Shown in pieces: positions 1 to 15,514 of a stretch of 64,000 nt of DNA (the stretch's first letter is position 1; the number at the start of each line of letters is the position of its first letter). The notes below the pieces were generated by a model. The model worked only from the letters and a program-made list of their open reading frames with translations. It was not told the DNA's origin and ran no database searches. The position numbers were made by a program, and so were the translations under genes. Origin of the DNA: the human T2T-CHM13v2.0 reference genome, Homo sapiens; assembly GCF_009914755.1 (NCBI RefSeq), contig NC_060931.1; one strand, 5' to 3'.

Positions 1-842
1 GTTTTCTTTTTAAACCACAATTTAGCTTCTGTTTTTTTCTGTTGCCGTGGTATTTTGTTTCCATTCCAGTGGAGTCATAATGTTTTGGAATGATGAAGAA
101 AATTCTGTGTTGTGTTTGAATGGAGAGGGACCTTTCTATTTGAAGGGCATGTAGCCATGTACTTCTGAAATAGGAGAACTAGTCACAGCGGTACTTATGT
201 AAAATTGTCAGTGAGGATATGATTTACTTAATACACATTACAGAGGGAATAGTTAATTTACTTTAGAACAGAATATCTTACTCTTAAAAATTAGCTTACC
301 CCCGGAAATCTTTTGAGCAATTAAATTAGGAAACCCAACATAGATCTTAAAAGAAAAATGCTGTGATTTGTCAAAAGTTTGAATTTTATATATTTACCCA
401 AATGGCCTTTGAACAGACTACTGTGCTATTTGTAGAATTTGTGAAGGAGATTACAAGGATTTCTAAATGATACTGTTTGTAGAAATGAAATGTCATGCAG
501 AGCTGTTTCCTAGTACATTAAATTGAACAAAAGCACAATTGCAATTTTCCAAATGATATTACTTAGTGATTTACTAGCTCTAGTCTTTGAATCCAATGTG
601 AATGTCCTGTGGCAAATTGCTGGCTGCTAGTCTTTTTGGATAGGACATTTAATTATATGGTTCACAACTTTTAAGTTCTACTCTCCATAACCACCTCAAT
701 GAATATTTCCTCCAGTATGTTTTACATGTGGAAAATGTGAAGAAATTCTATTTTTATCTTTCATGGTGTTTAGATTCTTTTGACTTAAGAAATGACTATA
801 TCCAAATGGAATTTGAGATATTACTACTTTATTAAAAGGGGG

Positions 843-1111
843 GGCCGGGCGCAGTGGCTCATTCCTGTAATCTCAGCACTTTGAGAGGCCAAGGAGGGTG
901 GATCACCTGAGGTCGGGAGTTCGAGACCAGCCTGACCAACATGGAGAAACCCCATCTCTACTAAAAATGCAAAATTAGCCAGGCGTGGTGATGCATGCCT
1001 GTAATCCCTGAACCTGGGAGGCGGAGATTTCGGTGAACCCATATTGCACCATTGCACTCCAGCCTGGGCGTCAAGAGCGAAACTCCATCTCAAAAAAAAA
1101 AAAAAAAAAAA
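843..1111 (+). mobile_element. Alu SINE (AluSp-like) with an internal deletion of about 33 bp in the right monomer
   Basis: GGCCGGGCGCAGTGGCTC start; GGTCGGGAGTTCGAGACCAGCCTGACCAACATGGAGAAACC (Sp-type); GTAATCCC joined directly to TGAACCTGGG at 1008/1009; A20 tail. Confidence 0.95.
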
Positions 1112-2611
1112 GATAAATTTATTTTTTTTAAGTTTTGGCAAATTTATTTGGGCCTTTCACATTTGTACCAATTGGTACTTCACTACCCAGGGGCTACATG
1201 GATCAGAAGAAAGAATAAAGTGATGTAGAAGTTACTGAGGGTTTATGGAAGGCAAAAATTGCTTATTTATTTATTTGATTCCTACAGAGGGCCCAATGCT
1301 GTGACTATAGAAGATTCAATGATAGTAACTTGAAACTTGCTTTTAACAAGCTGTTACTTTCCTGTCTCTACCTACTTAACATGTTGCTGATGGGTATTAT
1401 AAAATATTGTTCTAGCTCCCAAGGCATTTTTAAAGCCCGGGATGACATGATATGTAAAAATCTTTTAGAATATAATAAGCTACTCTCTTATGCTAGACAA
1501 GCAAAAGTTAGGTGTCATTTTCATTGCATGTCTTTTTAGGTAAGAGTCATAATCTGACTGAAAGAATAAAAAGTTTCAGTTATTCACTTATGTCATTATC
1601 TCTTTCAAGAGATTCAAAGAGAAATGTATTTTTAAGAACATGGAGACTTAATGAATCATTTTTGTTTGCTTTTCAAAAGTCATTAATATTGAAGCTTTAC
1701 TTGGATATTTTGTTAATTTGGTTGTCAATATATTTTTTTTTAAAGCAACACTTTTGAATTGTATTATTTCTAATTTTCTGATTTGACATATTCAAAACAA
1801 AGCATCAATTTTTGATGGTATGAATCATTAAACCCATTCTTGATTTAAAAAAAATCAAAAGAACACTTGCCTCAATCAATATTTGTAAAAAAAATCATAT
1901 GTTGGCCTAAGTTATTAGAGCCATGTAGCATGCGGACAAATTCCTAGTGAGTTAGTCCTCTTATGAAAATCTTGATAATTTCCTTATGATCTTAATCGCA
2001 ACCAGGGTTGCAGAGCCTTTTCTATCCTTAAAACAGATCCACATTGAGATTCTATTTTCATTACCTAAACCTATTCATTTTGTTTTCCATTGGGCAGTGG
2101 AGAGGCAAGAGTTACAGAGACAGTAAAAACATTTCTGTCTTTCACCTCTTTACTCCATTATTATCCTATTGTTGTTATTATTATTCTCTCATGTACTCTG
2201 AGAAATTTCTGAAAATTAATAGCTTACCCTGGTATATTTTGAAGAGCAGGGGTGAGCATGAGAGAGTTACTTGGTAACGAGGAGAGAATAATCTGCTTTG
2301 AATTTTCTAATGTTTGAAGTATTAGGACCATTGAAGGGGAACTCAGTGTATAGCCCTAGGTTCTAAATCAAACCAGGGAAGTTTTCATATCTTAAAATTT
2401 TAGGAAAGAGAAAAAATTTAGAAAAATGGGTCAGTTAAGTAGGGAAAATACATAATTTTCATTTCATAGACACAGGAAACACTATAAAATAATGTCTAAT
2501 ATTCCGTCATAATTCTGAATTAACTTTCTGTTAATTAACTGAATTAACATTCTGTAAGCATAATTGTTTAGCTTTTATTTGCTCGTTTGCTTGTTTTAAA
2601 AAAATTACTAC

Positions 2612-2978
2612 TTCTATGGTCTGAATTTATATGTGCCATGAAAATTCATATGTTGAAATCCTAACCCCCAAGGTTGATAGTAGGAGAAGGTGGAGTCTCT
2701 GGGAGGTAATTAGGTCATGAGGGCAGAGCCCTCATGAATGGGATTAGTGCCCTTACAATGTAGCCCAAGGGAGAGTTTGTTTACCCCTACGACCACATGA
2801 GGGTACAGCTGGAAGGTGCTGTCTGTGAACCAGAGAGCAAGCCCTCATCAGAACCAGATTTCCTGACACCTTGATTGTGGACTTCTCAGTCTCTGGAACT
2901 GTGAAAAATAAGTTTCTATTATTTTTAGGTTATCTAGTTTATGGTATTTTGTTATAGCAGCCCAGACAGACTGAGACA
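2612..2978 (+). mobile_element. MaLR solo LTR (MLT1A/MLT1A0-like)
   Basis: Starts TTCTATGGTCTGAAT, ends GTTATAGCAGCCCAGACAGACTGAGACA; perfect 5-bp TSD ACTAC at 2607-2611 and 2979-2983. Confidence 0.9.
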
Positions 2979-3600
2979 ACTACCTAAATGTTATTTTTTT
3001 CAATTTGATTTTTAAAAGCTTATTGTATCAGTTTACATTTCTAGGGTATTTGCATAAATAATGTCACAGATCATTTATTTTCATCAAGATTTATGAATGA
3101 TTATAACTGTTTTGCACGGACTAGTAAAAGTATACTTCTGTGGCAAGAAAAAAGAGACTTACAATTCTCCTATGAAGGTTAACTGCAAAAGTGATGGCTT
3201 TCATATTCTTATTCCAACATAAGAACCACTTTTTAAAAGTAATTAAATCTAAAATGTATTATCTTTAAAGGTGTATGGAGAAAGATGATATGATATAAGT
3301 GAAAATCATATTTATAAGTAAAGTTTTACAACTAAGCTTTTAAAGTCATAATGGACACAAATTATTTCCAGTGAAATTCAGTGTAAATGAAATTTATGTT
3401 TCCCCAGGCTTTAAGCCAGGGAATGAATCTCCACAGTCACTAATATCTTACCTGTTTCTGGTCTCTGAGCAGTCTTTTGATTACTGTTGCATGTTCGGGC
3501 TCTCCCTCATGGAGAAGGAGAATGCGCTACTTCTTCATCAAGTGCACTGTCTGGAAGGCCAAATGGTATTCAATGTTTTCTCTGTTGTCTGGGGCTGCGT

Positions 3601-3728
3601 TTAACTCCACAGATATTTCATTAAATATTGTACCTACTACATGTCAGACTCAATGTTGGGTGCTGGGGATAGAGTAGTGAATAAGACAGACATAATCACA
3701 GCCTTTGTGGTCCTTAGTGGGGTCCTAG
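3601..3728 (-). mobile_element. L2 LINE 3' end fragment
   Basis: Resembles reverse complement of the L2 3' end (ACCTACTACATGTCAG...GGGTGCTGGGGATAGAGTAGTGAATAAGACAGAC). Confidence 0.65.
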
Positions 3729-4059
3729 TTGGCAGCTGAACTCATCTGTGAGATAACTGGGAGCTCCTGGCAGTTCCACATTGCTCTGTTGCCATTGTGC
3801 CTGCCCAAGTATACTCACATTTGCAGTGGGTACACAGCTTAGGTTTTTACTCTGGGCCTGTTATTACATAATTTGTTGAGCTAGTAAAAAATACATTTTC
3901 AATAAAGTATACTTTGGAACTGGCTTCTGATTTGGCACAGTAATATCAAACTCAAGTTTTGCTAATGGGAAATGTAACCTTTATACCTTGCAGAGCAGAC
4001 AGTAATCTATGTAGTAAACGTAACGTTTATTTTGCAGTCATTCAGCACCATGTCCACCC

Positions 4060-4511
<452 letters not shown>

Positions 4512-5224
4512 TAAAGTCTATATTTCTTAAACTTTCAATTAATTTAACCCTCATGAATTTCATGTAATTTTAATATATGGGATATGCCACCTTGGAATTT
4601 GACATCAGGGCTGCCAAGACATGTCTGAGACTAGTCCTGGGATTCGGCTAATGACTTCACAGGAAAGAACTTTCTCAATTTCTCCCATCACCATCTGCTA
4701 CTCCTCTCCTCATGCTAATGGAAACTATTGTTTCCTGTTGACACACTATCCTTTCAGCTTGGTATTTTTATATTTTCTATTTCTTCTGTTACTCCTCGTT
4801 TTGTGTGTGAAATATTTCACCACACTCTGCATAACATTTTTCAAGTGTAAAGTTTTTCTAATATCTGTGGAAAAAATTTTTGTATTATTGCACTTTCCCA
4901 ATATTGCTATGAATTCATAATGACACTTGTCAAGTTGTACTATAATAATGATAATAGTTTGAATTTCTGTCTCCCCTTGTAAATAAGGAGTTTTCCCAGG
5001 ACATGATTTGGATTCTGTTCCTCTTTGTATGCCCCATAGCGTCCAGCGCATTGCATGGAATGAATGACTCTCATTCTACATGTGCACGTCAATTCAGCGT
5101 TGGGGATATTGTCCACAAAAGCACAATTTCAACTTCTCTTGCTTCATTCAGGAAAAAAGATCCCAGACATGGGATGTGTCATTGTGAAATGATTTCTTCA
5201 CTCCCCCGTTAATGGTTTAGTTAA

Positions 5225-5549
<325 letters not shown>

Positions 5550-6119
5550 AGACTAATGGAGAATTCTTTTGCCCCATCGATAAGCTCTTCAAAGTCAATG
5601 TAGAGCAGAGGAAGGGAAAGTCACTTCTTACACATTTCTGTGACTCATGCTTTTATTTCAGGCCTCTACTTGTGAGACTGACACTTGTGCCTATAACATG
5701 CTGTCCTCACACTTTAAGGAAAGCTGGAGGAGCAAAACACGTTGGCCATCTTTCAAGACATTATAAAACATACCAAGAAATCCCCAAACTTCCAGTGAAT
5801 GATACTTTATAGATGCTCAACTTAAAATAAAAGGTTAATGTTGCTGTTTGTAACTGTGATCAATCAGTTAAATATGTGACAAAAATTAAGAAGAAAAAAA
5901 TGCGGATGAAACATTGCAATTTATAGCTGGAAAACATGTCTGACCCTGTGAACCATAAAATGTCTCAATAGCATGTAACTTCTATTTTTTACCTGTATAT
6001 AGTGAATGATTTCAGAATCTCCCTAATGAGTGATCTCATGGAAAGCCTCTCCAAAGTTCTACCAATTTTAGATTATTTCTATGTTAAGGCTATAGGACAT
6101 TGAGATAAATTCTATATAG

Positions 6120-6320
6120 TATATTAGAAAGTACATGAGATTTTCAGTTGGATGCCCCTTACTTATAACTTTTTAAAAATTTTTTTTGGCCAGTTTCATG
6201 CTATGTTACTTAAATTATCTTAAGCTCCATTTTGTTGGCTATAAACCTGGGACAACTTATAGAGCTCTTTTTATAAGAATATTGTGTGAATTAAATAATA
6301 TGATATACATAAACCTGTCA
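6120..6320 (+). mobile_element. Degraded MIR SINE
   Basis: Weak resemblance to the MIR core and 3' part (GTTACTTAAATTATCTTAAGCTCCATTTT...TTGTGTGAATTAAATAATATGATATACATAAA). Confidence 0.45.
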
Positions 6321-6997
6321 GGGTTACTCAGCTACCTGACATTTGTGAGGAAATCTTAAGGTTGGTTGATCTTCGAGTTGCTGTGGGAAGAAACCATCTT
6401 TTGGACTCAGATCTAAGAAAGGGATGGAATCCAATGGCCTTGGGCATTATCTGAAGAGTTCCATTGCTGTGCTGAATTTTCTTACAAATTGGTTATCATT
6501 TAGCATGCCTTTACTTCTCAAGTAGAACAAATTGTTCAAAGTTAAAATGTCGAACTTCTTGCAGCTGACCATTAGCTGCAAAGGATTTGCAAGAAAGACT
6601 GCATGCCGAACAAATGGGTATTTTCCAGAAAACTGAAATTGGCAATTGGAAGAAGTCTTGCATCTGACTCTAATTAAGGCTTTCTTTGTTTCAAAACTGG
6701 CTCTCACAATCACAGGAATGTGAAATGTGTCCCTTAAAATAGTTTACGATTTTAAAAAGCTAGATTCAAATTCAGCTATGTCCTTTTAGTAACTGATAAA
6801 TGGTTGCACTTCCCCATCAAGTTTATTATTCATTTTTATGGCTTAACTTAACTTAGATCTTGGTTAAATACTTTTAGCTTAATATAATTTACAATCCACT
6901 TATTCAGAATACAGAATTAGATTGAAAGTGCTATTATTTTTCACTTAAAGCCTGTCTTTCTTAATCCTTCTGTTAATTTAATCTTCATGAATTTCAT

Positions 6998-7399
6998 TTC
7001 GTTTGGATATTTGTCCCTACTCAAATCTCATGTTGAATTGTAATCCCCAGTGCTGGAGGTGGGGCCTGATGGGGTGTGTTTGGATCACGGAGTGGGTCTG
7101 TCGTGGCTTGGTGCTGTCTTGCTCGATAGTGAGTTCTCCTGAGATCTGGTCATTTAAAAGTGTGTGGCACCTCCCTCCCCCACTCTCTCTCTCTGATTCC
7201 CACTTTCACCGTGTGATGTGCCTGCTCCTGCATCGCCTTTCACCATGATTGGAATCTTCCTAAGGCCTCCCCAGAACCAGATGCCACGATGCCTTCTGTA
7301 CAGCCTGCAGAACCATGAGCCAATTAAACCTTTTTTTTATTTTAATAAATTATGCAGTCTTAGGTTTTTTTAATAGCAACACAAGAATGGCCTAATACA
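6998..7399 (+). mobile_element. MaLR solo LTR (MSTA-like)
   Basis: CAAATCTCATGTTGAATTGTAATCCCCAGTGCTGGAGGTGGGGCC...CAGCCTGCAGAACCATGAGCCAATTAAACC...CTAATACA; possible TSD TTCAT. Confidence 0.92.
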
Positions 7400-9399
7400 T
7401 TCATGTATTAAAAAAGATAATGGCATTTCACAGAGGCCTTGTGTTTTCATGCCCCTGACAATCTTATAAATTCCAAAAAAGATAGGTTCACCTATTGATA
7501 GATTTAAATGAACTTCTTTCCTTTATCAACACTCTCCCTCAAATGGTGGCAACTATATTATGTTTTCTTTCATCTTGTTAGGATCAGCATTTCCTCCTTT
7601 TCCATATTTGCATTTCTCTCCATTTTTGAATGATGCAATTAATTACATTTTAAATAGTTAAGCAGTTCTTATGTTAAAAAAGGAAGGCTACTTCCCTTTT
7701 TTTTTAATCTTCCACAGCTGTCTACATTTCTTCTTTATAATGACTTGTTCAGAAAAGACAAGGGCAGAGGGAAAACCAGGCCCCTCGCAGGAGGAATTAG
7801 ATAAAGAAGAACAGCTCAATAAGTCTGAGATCATAAATGGATTAGCACCTCTCTTAGGCATACCTAACACTGGGGCAAAAGATTTATTTCAGGGAAAAAA
7901 ATTTATTTCTGATTTATATCAGAGAGAAGTGACTGATATATTTTATGTTAAAAGAGTTTGAGAAGACCTGAATAATCTACAGTGCATCATGGGTATTATA
8001 AAATTATGTACAGGTTATAAAACTATAAATAGGATGAGCAAAACCCTTAAGGTGTTACTAAGATATGACTGAGGGTACCCAACTAATATTTGCAGCCTAA
8101 ATTCAGGTTGGATGTCAGACTGCATTGAAGGTGGTCTACACAATGTTAGAGGTAATTCTCTGACAGTGACTGGTTACATAACATTACTGTTAGCTTTCTG
8201 GGCTGCATATCAAAAGGCAAACATCTAGCATACCTACTCATAAGCTGTTTATTCTAATTTCTCTTTGACAAATTAATCACACTCCAAATTTATTGAAATG
8301 TTTGTTGAAACATTTCCTTCTAGAATTGTTCTTGAGGATTTGTGATTGTTAAGAGTTATGTCTACAATAGCTTCAAGTGATTAGATTAAAGATAATAGTG
8401 CAGTGTAACAGCTTTCTGAGTTAGACTAGATGTGGTAAGCATGTAATATTCTTATATCATTGGTGTGTAGTAAATTCTTTTTAGAAGAACTCATTTATGT
8501 AATAGCCATAAATTTTAAGATGCTCTGGAGGTGGATAAAAATGAATAAATTCCTATATTTGGGTAGTTAAAATTTTTCAAAACACTGTTACAAAAATAGT
8601 TTTCCCACTTTAAAAAATTAGGTCTCTTATAAACAGATCAGAAATGTTACTATGGCCTAATAAAAATGTTAAGCCTTTGACATAAATTTTTATGGAAGTA
8701 CATTGTGTTATGTTTAAGATGTTAAAAAAAATTCTGCAGGAATTACCCATGTGAAGATGCTATGATACAATTTCTTTTATATTTGTATACTAGCTACTTT
8801 CAAAGTGCACATGAGTTGATTTACAGTAAAAGACACATATACAAGAAAAGGAGACAGCAACTGTATTTTGAGGGTAGAATTAGTGTTTCTGATATTAGGG
8901 GGTTGGGGAATGGGTCTGAGCTTCATGGCAACCAAAGCAAAAAAGATATATGGTAGGTCTTATAATTAATTTTCAAATAACAAGAGAAATAATCTTTGAA
9001 AGAATTTTTTCCTCATTCTATATCTAAAATATGTATATCACATAAGATCTTACATAGGAGACATGCAGCGTAATAGTTACATCTCTAAAAGATATTCAGT
9101 AGCAAACATACACTTTTTTTATGTCATTATAATCAAACTCAGCAGAAATTTTTCTACAAAGGGTTAAATTAATGGCTTTTTAGTGCAACTTAATTCAAGG
9201 ACAGGAGTCAGAAAATGTAGACAAGCACATAGCAAGATGTCCTATCAGACAATGTCTCCATAAATGTAACTTCTCTCAGCTGGTCTTATGATGACAGCCA
9301 GAGAAGAAAGGTCAAGACCATGCTATTGAGGGGCTTAAGACAGCACCTAAACTGGTGCTGTCTCTGGTGCTGAGAGGAGATCCTCTCCCACGTCCACCT

Positions 9400-10066
9400 C
9401 TTTAGGGATCACTGCAATGGCTCCTTAACTGGCCTCCTTATACTCTCATCTGCATCAGTCCATTTTCCACATGACTATGAGTGCCTCAGATCCAAGTTGG
9501 ATGGATTTTCATGTCCTGCTTAACATCGCTTAATGATCTTCCCTAGACTCCACAGTCAAAGGAGCCCTTTATGGCTCTCCCTTTCTCTCCAGTAGCACAT
9601 CTCACCACTCCTCCTTACCTATCCCTTGAAATCGGGGCTCCAGCTACACAAAGTACTCTGTAGTTCCTAGAGAGGTGCATGCTATTCATTGCCTCCACAC
9701 GTAAACTTCTTCTGCCTGGAAATACCTCATTTTATTGGTTTCCTTGGCAGAGCCCTCCTCTTCTTTATTCCTTCAAAGATGCACACGCTTCTGGAAGATG
9801 TCTGAAAGCTCTTCCACTTGTTTTCTATACAAGCGCATAACCCTCTGTATCTACTTATATCATAATTGTAGCACATTATGCCTAACTGTAGTCAGTTAGA
9901 CATTATCACACAAATCGGACTACTTGAGTCATTGCTTTGCTAACCAGTATCCCAAGCTAGAATATCAACTGTCTGGATATGGACTCTTTATCTTCCCTCT
10001 GTACAGCCAGGCCCAATCAACACCCGGCACAGTATGTGCTTAGTGTATGTTTGAGAATTTAACTAA
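9400..10066 (+). mobile_element. L2 LINE fragment running to the 3' end
   Basis: ACTGCAATGGCTCCTTAACTGGCCTCC start; ends CCCGGCACAGTATGTGCTTAGTGTATGTTTG, like the L2 terminus. Confidence 0.65.
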
Positions 10067-11714
10067 TCTTTATTGCCTGAATTCCTAGGAGAGTGCTAAG
10101 ACAGTTTCTGTCACATAACACATGCTCAAAAAATAAAACACTAGTTGCAAGAATGGAGATTGTTGATTGAGTGAGTGAAAGGATGCAACAGAAGTAAGTC
10201 TGATATTTTGATGTGAAAGTGGAAGATTCTAACCTAGTTTCACGATAGAAGAGAGAGCTAATCAGTGAGCAGACAAGGCCCCCAGATTCCTTAAAAACCT
10301 GAGTGTTCAGTTGAAACACCAGAGGGGATTACAATCTGCAGAGCAAAAAAGTTATTAAGCACCTCATGCACAAACAATCCCTGTCCTTACCCCTGCAGAA
10401 TGACTTGTTTTTAGCAGCACTGATACATGTGATATTCATAAACAGATCTCTGAGCCCGATGTTTAAGAACAATAAAATTCAGAATATGTTTGGTTTTGAC
10501 ACAGCACTTCTAAAATCAGGTTTTGCTGTGTTTCTTGTCCATTTAGAAATGAATGACTGACATGTGTTTGACTGCAGAAAAAATGTAGTTTGTCAAGACT
10601 AGGGCTTCTTACACAAAGGAAGCTGCTTTCTGAGATGTGTCCACAACACCGGAATATCATGTTTCTATTTGGCATTCGTGGGGGAAGCCAGAGCAATCTT
10701 GAACTTGTGCTTTACCATTATTTAAATGCCACTTATTGAATTCCACATTGACTCAACTTCCCAGGTCATAAAAATCAAGTTTATAAAATTTGCAAACAAT
10801 GAAATTAGATATTATATAAGAAATGACATTTTAAATCGAAAAACCATCTGCCCGGCCCAATGTTATATTAATAATAATGTTATTATTTAACTAATTTTGG
10901 AAATACCTAGGATATACATGTAGATGACTATGTGGGTGGGAAATTGAAAAAATATGCTTTTATTTTAATGTTTTTGTGCTTTACGAAAAATACAAAAATA
11001 CAAGCTGATGTACATGTTACAAATATATGTAAGTATATTAATTGTAAGGTTGAATGTGGTCATTTCTACTTATAAAAAAGTCATTTATTAATATAAATTT
11101 ATTGGAAAATAATATAGAACTAGAAGATAAATCAGTTTAACTGGGAAAATCAGGCATCAAATACTAAAACCAAGATTTACTGAAATACCTTTTTGTCTTA
11201 AAAAAAAAAAACTCCATAATTTGCATTCTTTCCTTTTACAATTTGACCATATGGAAGAAATCCAGGATTAATTGCTTGTTACAACGTTGATATAAAGGAC
11301 ATTTAATAATTTTCTGTGTGAGCGTGCCTTTTTCATAATAGCAGTTTCTTTGTTGGAAGCATGACAGATGACTGGCTAATGGCTGGTGGGAGAGAAGAGA
11401 ATGTTAAGAGTAATGCCACATAGGGAAAGAAGCATGGCAGACAGAGTTCACCAGAAGAAAGACATGATGTAAGATTTAAATTCCAAAAGACTTTTATTGT
11501 TTTTGAATCATTTGTTACTTTCTTGGGTTGCACACAAAATATCCATGGTTATGTGAAATAGTTCCACAAATGTCTTATTCGTACTTAAAGATGAAAATTA
11601 TTTATTTTTGGAGCCTAGACAGATTATATCCTTTTTCTGTTATTCCTACCGTGATTTGTAGGATAATTTTATGAAATTTATTTATTTCATTTTCTTTTTA
11701 TTAGCCAATTGTAA

Positions 11715-12167
<453 letters not shown>

Positions 12168-12319
12168 GGTGGGGAGAAGTTCTAATTGTGAGACACTACA
12201 GATGGTGTATTTAAATGTAGGCATATATTAAAATGATGTTACAGTGGTATGACTTTTTTAATTTGGCAAGCTCAGATTTCACTTAAGTTACATTCTTGGT
12301 GACATGGTATAGGGCAGGC

Positions 12320-12565
12320 AGCAGTTCAGAGCACACACCAGAGAGTGAAGCTGCCTTGGGTGTATGCCTAGCACTATCTGTTATAGTCTGTAAAATCTTG
12401 GACAATAAACTTAGTCTTTCTGGGTCTCAAATTCATTTATAACATTAGGATGATGTCAGTCATTTCTAAACTCACAGGGCTGTTATGAAACTAGATGTAT
12501 TAATGTATTAAAAGCAGCTAGAATACTGTATGGCTCATAGTAAGTGCTATATTGCTAACTATTTT
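12320..12565 (+). mobile_element. MIR SINE
   Basis: ATCTTGGACAATAAACTTAGTCTTTCTGGGTCTCAAATTC...CTCACAGGGCTGTTATGA...GGCTCATAGTAAGTGCT. Confidence 0.7.
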
Positions 12566-14232
12566 TATGATTAAATGCTAGAACTGACCTCACCTGTGCA
12601 AAGACCATTCTGGTACATTCAGACAATTTCGGGGTGGGAAAACATCCACAACTCTTCGTGCTCCTGGTAAACGATGATTACACAATTTCTAAGGAATGCC
12701 ATGAAATAATAAGTCACCAGTGTAGATTTAGGTCTAGGGAAGAAGAAGAGGTATACTTAACAGGAAAAGAGAGAGAAGAGAAAATGAATAAAGAAAATTC
12801 ATGTGACTCTTGGAAAGAAATTAAAGATTCATTCAAGCAACTTAAAAGAGTGACAGAGAATGAAAAAGTAGAAAATAAACTTAATCAGAGCTGAATTATT
12901 CATTTCTCCTTTAGTGAGAGAGACCTGTGGGTGAACAAGGAGGCTATAGACATGGAATGTACCCCTTTTTCTGTTAGTCAACGGATCTTTTCTAGAAAGG
13001 CAGCAGCACATGGAGAAAGACTCTATGGCATTGGGGGGAATGATGGTGAAACTCTCTGATTTCCTCTGCTGGAGGGTTTCTATAGATCATCGACAGGGTG
13101 GAGAGGTGGAGGAGAGTCAAAGGACAGTTTCCCAGAACCTTGTATGTCTGTCCTAACTTGCCCTGTAGAAAGCCAAGCCCAAATGCTATAACTCCTTCCA
13201 AATAATTGCAAGTTGGCTTCGTTTTAGAATAATAATCTGACATTATAAAAGCAGGGAACCAGATAACGACCTAATTTTACAAGGTGAATGAATAATAAAC
13301 TAGTTGTGCTGTTTTGTTGAAGCTTGGTTGAGCTAGATAATCTTTATTTCTATGGCTACCAGGAAGCATGAACAGATTTATCACATTGATTTTCTTGTAT
13401 TGTGTGCATAATTACAAACCATAAATGCAAACACTCTCTGAGTGGGCTCAGCCCCAAGAGCCCTTAACCATGGTGGAAAACATTACCAAATTATTTCTCT
13501 GGTAACATATTAAGGACCTAGTCTTCAAAAATCAGGATCCACTATTGGTGGTTAAAGTCAGGCTCTGATGTGAAAAAACAGCTTAATTAGTAAATCCAAA
13601 TAGAAATCACCAGGTTTTTAAAAAGGCAATTTAATTCTATTCCAATTCACTTCAGATTTTTGAAGAAAGGCAGTTGATGAGTTTATCAACTAAACTACAA
13701 TGTCTCAGAGGTGGTACTGGTTCTAGAGTTACTTTTTGTAAATACTGTAGACATTGACCTTCATTTGTCTACAGTCATGCCTTTCTTTTCTCTGTCCCTC
13801 CAATTCATCATGCTTTGTTGCAGCAACTGAGGTTTCCTTTAGGTAACTGCAAACTAACAGGAAGGCCAAGTGAAAAGCCATTTCTTCCCCTGAAGTAAAT
13901 ACCCGTGTCTCATGCCATTTCAGGCATTAATCCTATCCCTCAGTTTTTATGCAGTTGTTTGATATTTGATAAATAATCCACGTCAATAGAATAGTGCCTG
14001 ACAATAGATTATGTTCCATCTTGTTGCCAATACAGGTCATCTGGAGATGCAATGTCTTAACCCAAAGAAATAATTCTAAATGGTGTATTTTTCATCCTAT
14101 AGTAAGCTAGCAGAAAGAAAAGACTTAATGCGGGAATGCGCTTATGATTCATTGAGTTATTCTTCTAAGTAGTTATCAACTTATCTTGGGAAGAGTCTGT
14201 ACTTTGCTGGACAGCTAGTACCAACCAGTATA

Positions 14233-14689
<457 letters not shown>

Positions 14690-14969
14690 CTGCCCAGATG
14701 GCAGCTAGGTATTCTTCTTATTCTGTCACTATGAATTCCTTTTCTATATTATAATTTATGGCTTAAAGAATAAAAGGTTACTGCTATATTTATTTATTAA
14801 TTATGTCTCTGGGATAGAAGCTATATTCATAGAGCATATTGTGTCAAATAATTTATGATATTTTTAGAAGACCTTGTACTTCTAAACTGGGCCTACGTTT
14901 TTCTGCTTCAACACTTTTATAATTTTATTTTACTACAAATATATGTATACACACACACTTGATTTTAGG

Positions 14970-15140
14970 CAGTTCAGCAGCAAGAACTGGGCCTTTGGAG
15001 TCCGAAGAATCCTTGTTCAAATCTTTATTATCACTATCTGGCTATGTAACTTTGGATATATGACAGTGCTGAATATTTTTTAGGCTCTCTTTCTTGTAAA
15101 GCAGTGGTAAAATACCTACTGTGTTATGAGGATTAGTTCA
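14970..15140 (+). mobile_element. MIR SINE fragment
   Basis: GGGCCTTTGGAGTCCGAAGAATCCTTGTTCAAATC...GCTATGTAACTTTGG...GTTATGAGGATTAG. Confidence 0.6.
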
Positions 15141-15261
15141 GAGCTGGAAACGTATGGTTTTCCAAAGTAACTGTTATAGCTGATAGATAGAGAGAGAGAT
15201 AGATACATAAATAGTAGTTTTAATTAAGATAAAATTGTATTAGGTTGAAAAATAAGTTCTA

Positions 15262-15514
15262 TAGAAAAGCAATCACTGGATGTTCTCACTTATAAGTGGG
15301 AGCTGAATAATGAAAACACATGGACACAGGGAAGGGAACAACACACACTGGGGCCTGCTGGGGTGGGGGTGCAGGGAAGGAGAGCATCAGGAAAAATAGC
15401 TAATGGATGCTGGGCTTAATACCTAGGTGATGGGTTGATTTGTGCAGCAAATCACCATGGCACGTGTTTAAGTATGTAACATCCTGCACATGTACTCCGG
15501 AACTAAAATAAAAT
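15262..15514 (+). mobile_element. 5'-truncated L1 (older L1PA/L1PB) 3' UTR
   Basis: ATGTTCTCACTTATAAGTGGGAGCTGAATAATGAAAACACATGGACACAGG...CTTAATACCTAGGTGATGGG...; (A4T)n tail; candidate TSD AAAATAA(G/T)TTCTA. Confidence 0.92.

Noticed and set aside
300-346. Possible 46-nt minus-strand exon (AAG acceptor, GTAAGC donor)
   Set aside because: Weak acceptor, unrecognisable peptide, and such signal pairs are expected by chance.
1165-1178. Perfect 14-bp palindrome GTACCAATTGGTAC
   Set aside because: Several palindromes of this length are expected in 64 kb.
1520-1546. Plus-strand TTTTTAG|GTAAGA recursive-splice-like motif
   Set aside because: Short, interrupted pyrimidine tract and no other support.
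6559-6581. Hairpin TTGCAGCTGA-CCA-TTAGCTGCAA
   Set aside because: The stem is far too short for a pre-miRNA and is at chance level.
7671-7961. 96-aa ORF with protein-like composition (EGKPGPSQEELDKEEQLNK)
   Set aside because: No recognisable family, no convincing exon boundaries, and the length is within chance; a BLASTP or PhyloCSF hit would change this.
12634-12894. Charged E/K-rich ORF
   Set aside because: Explained by purine-rich base composition; no homology I can recognise.
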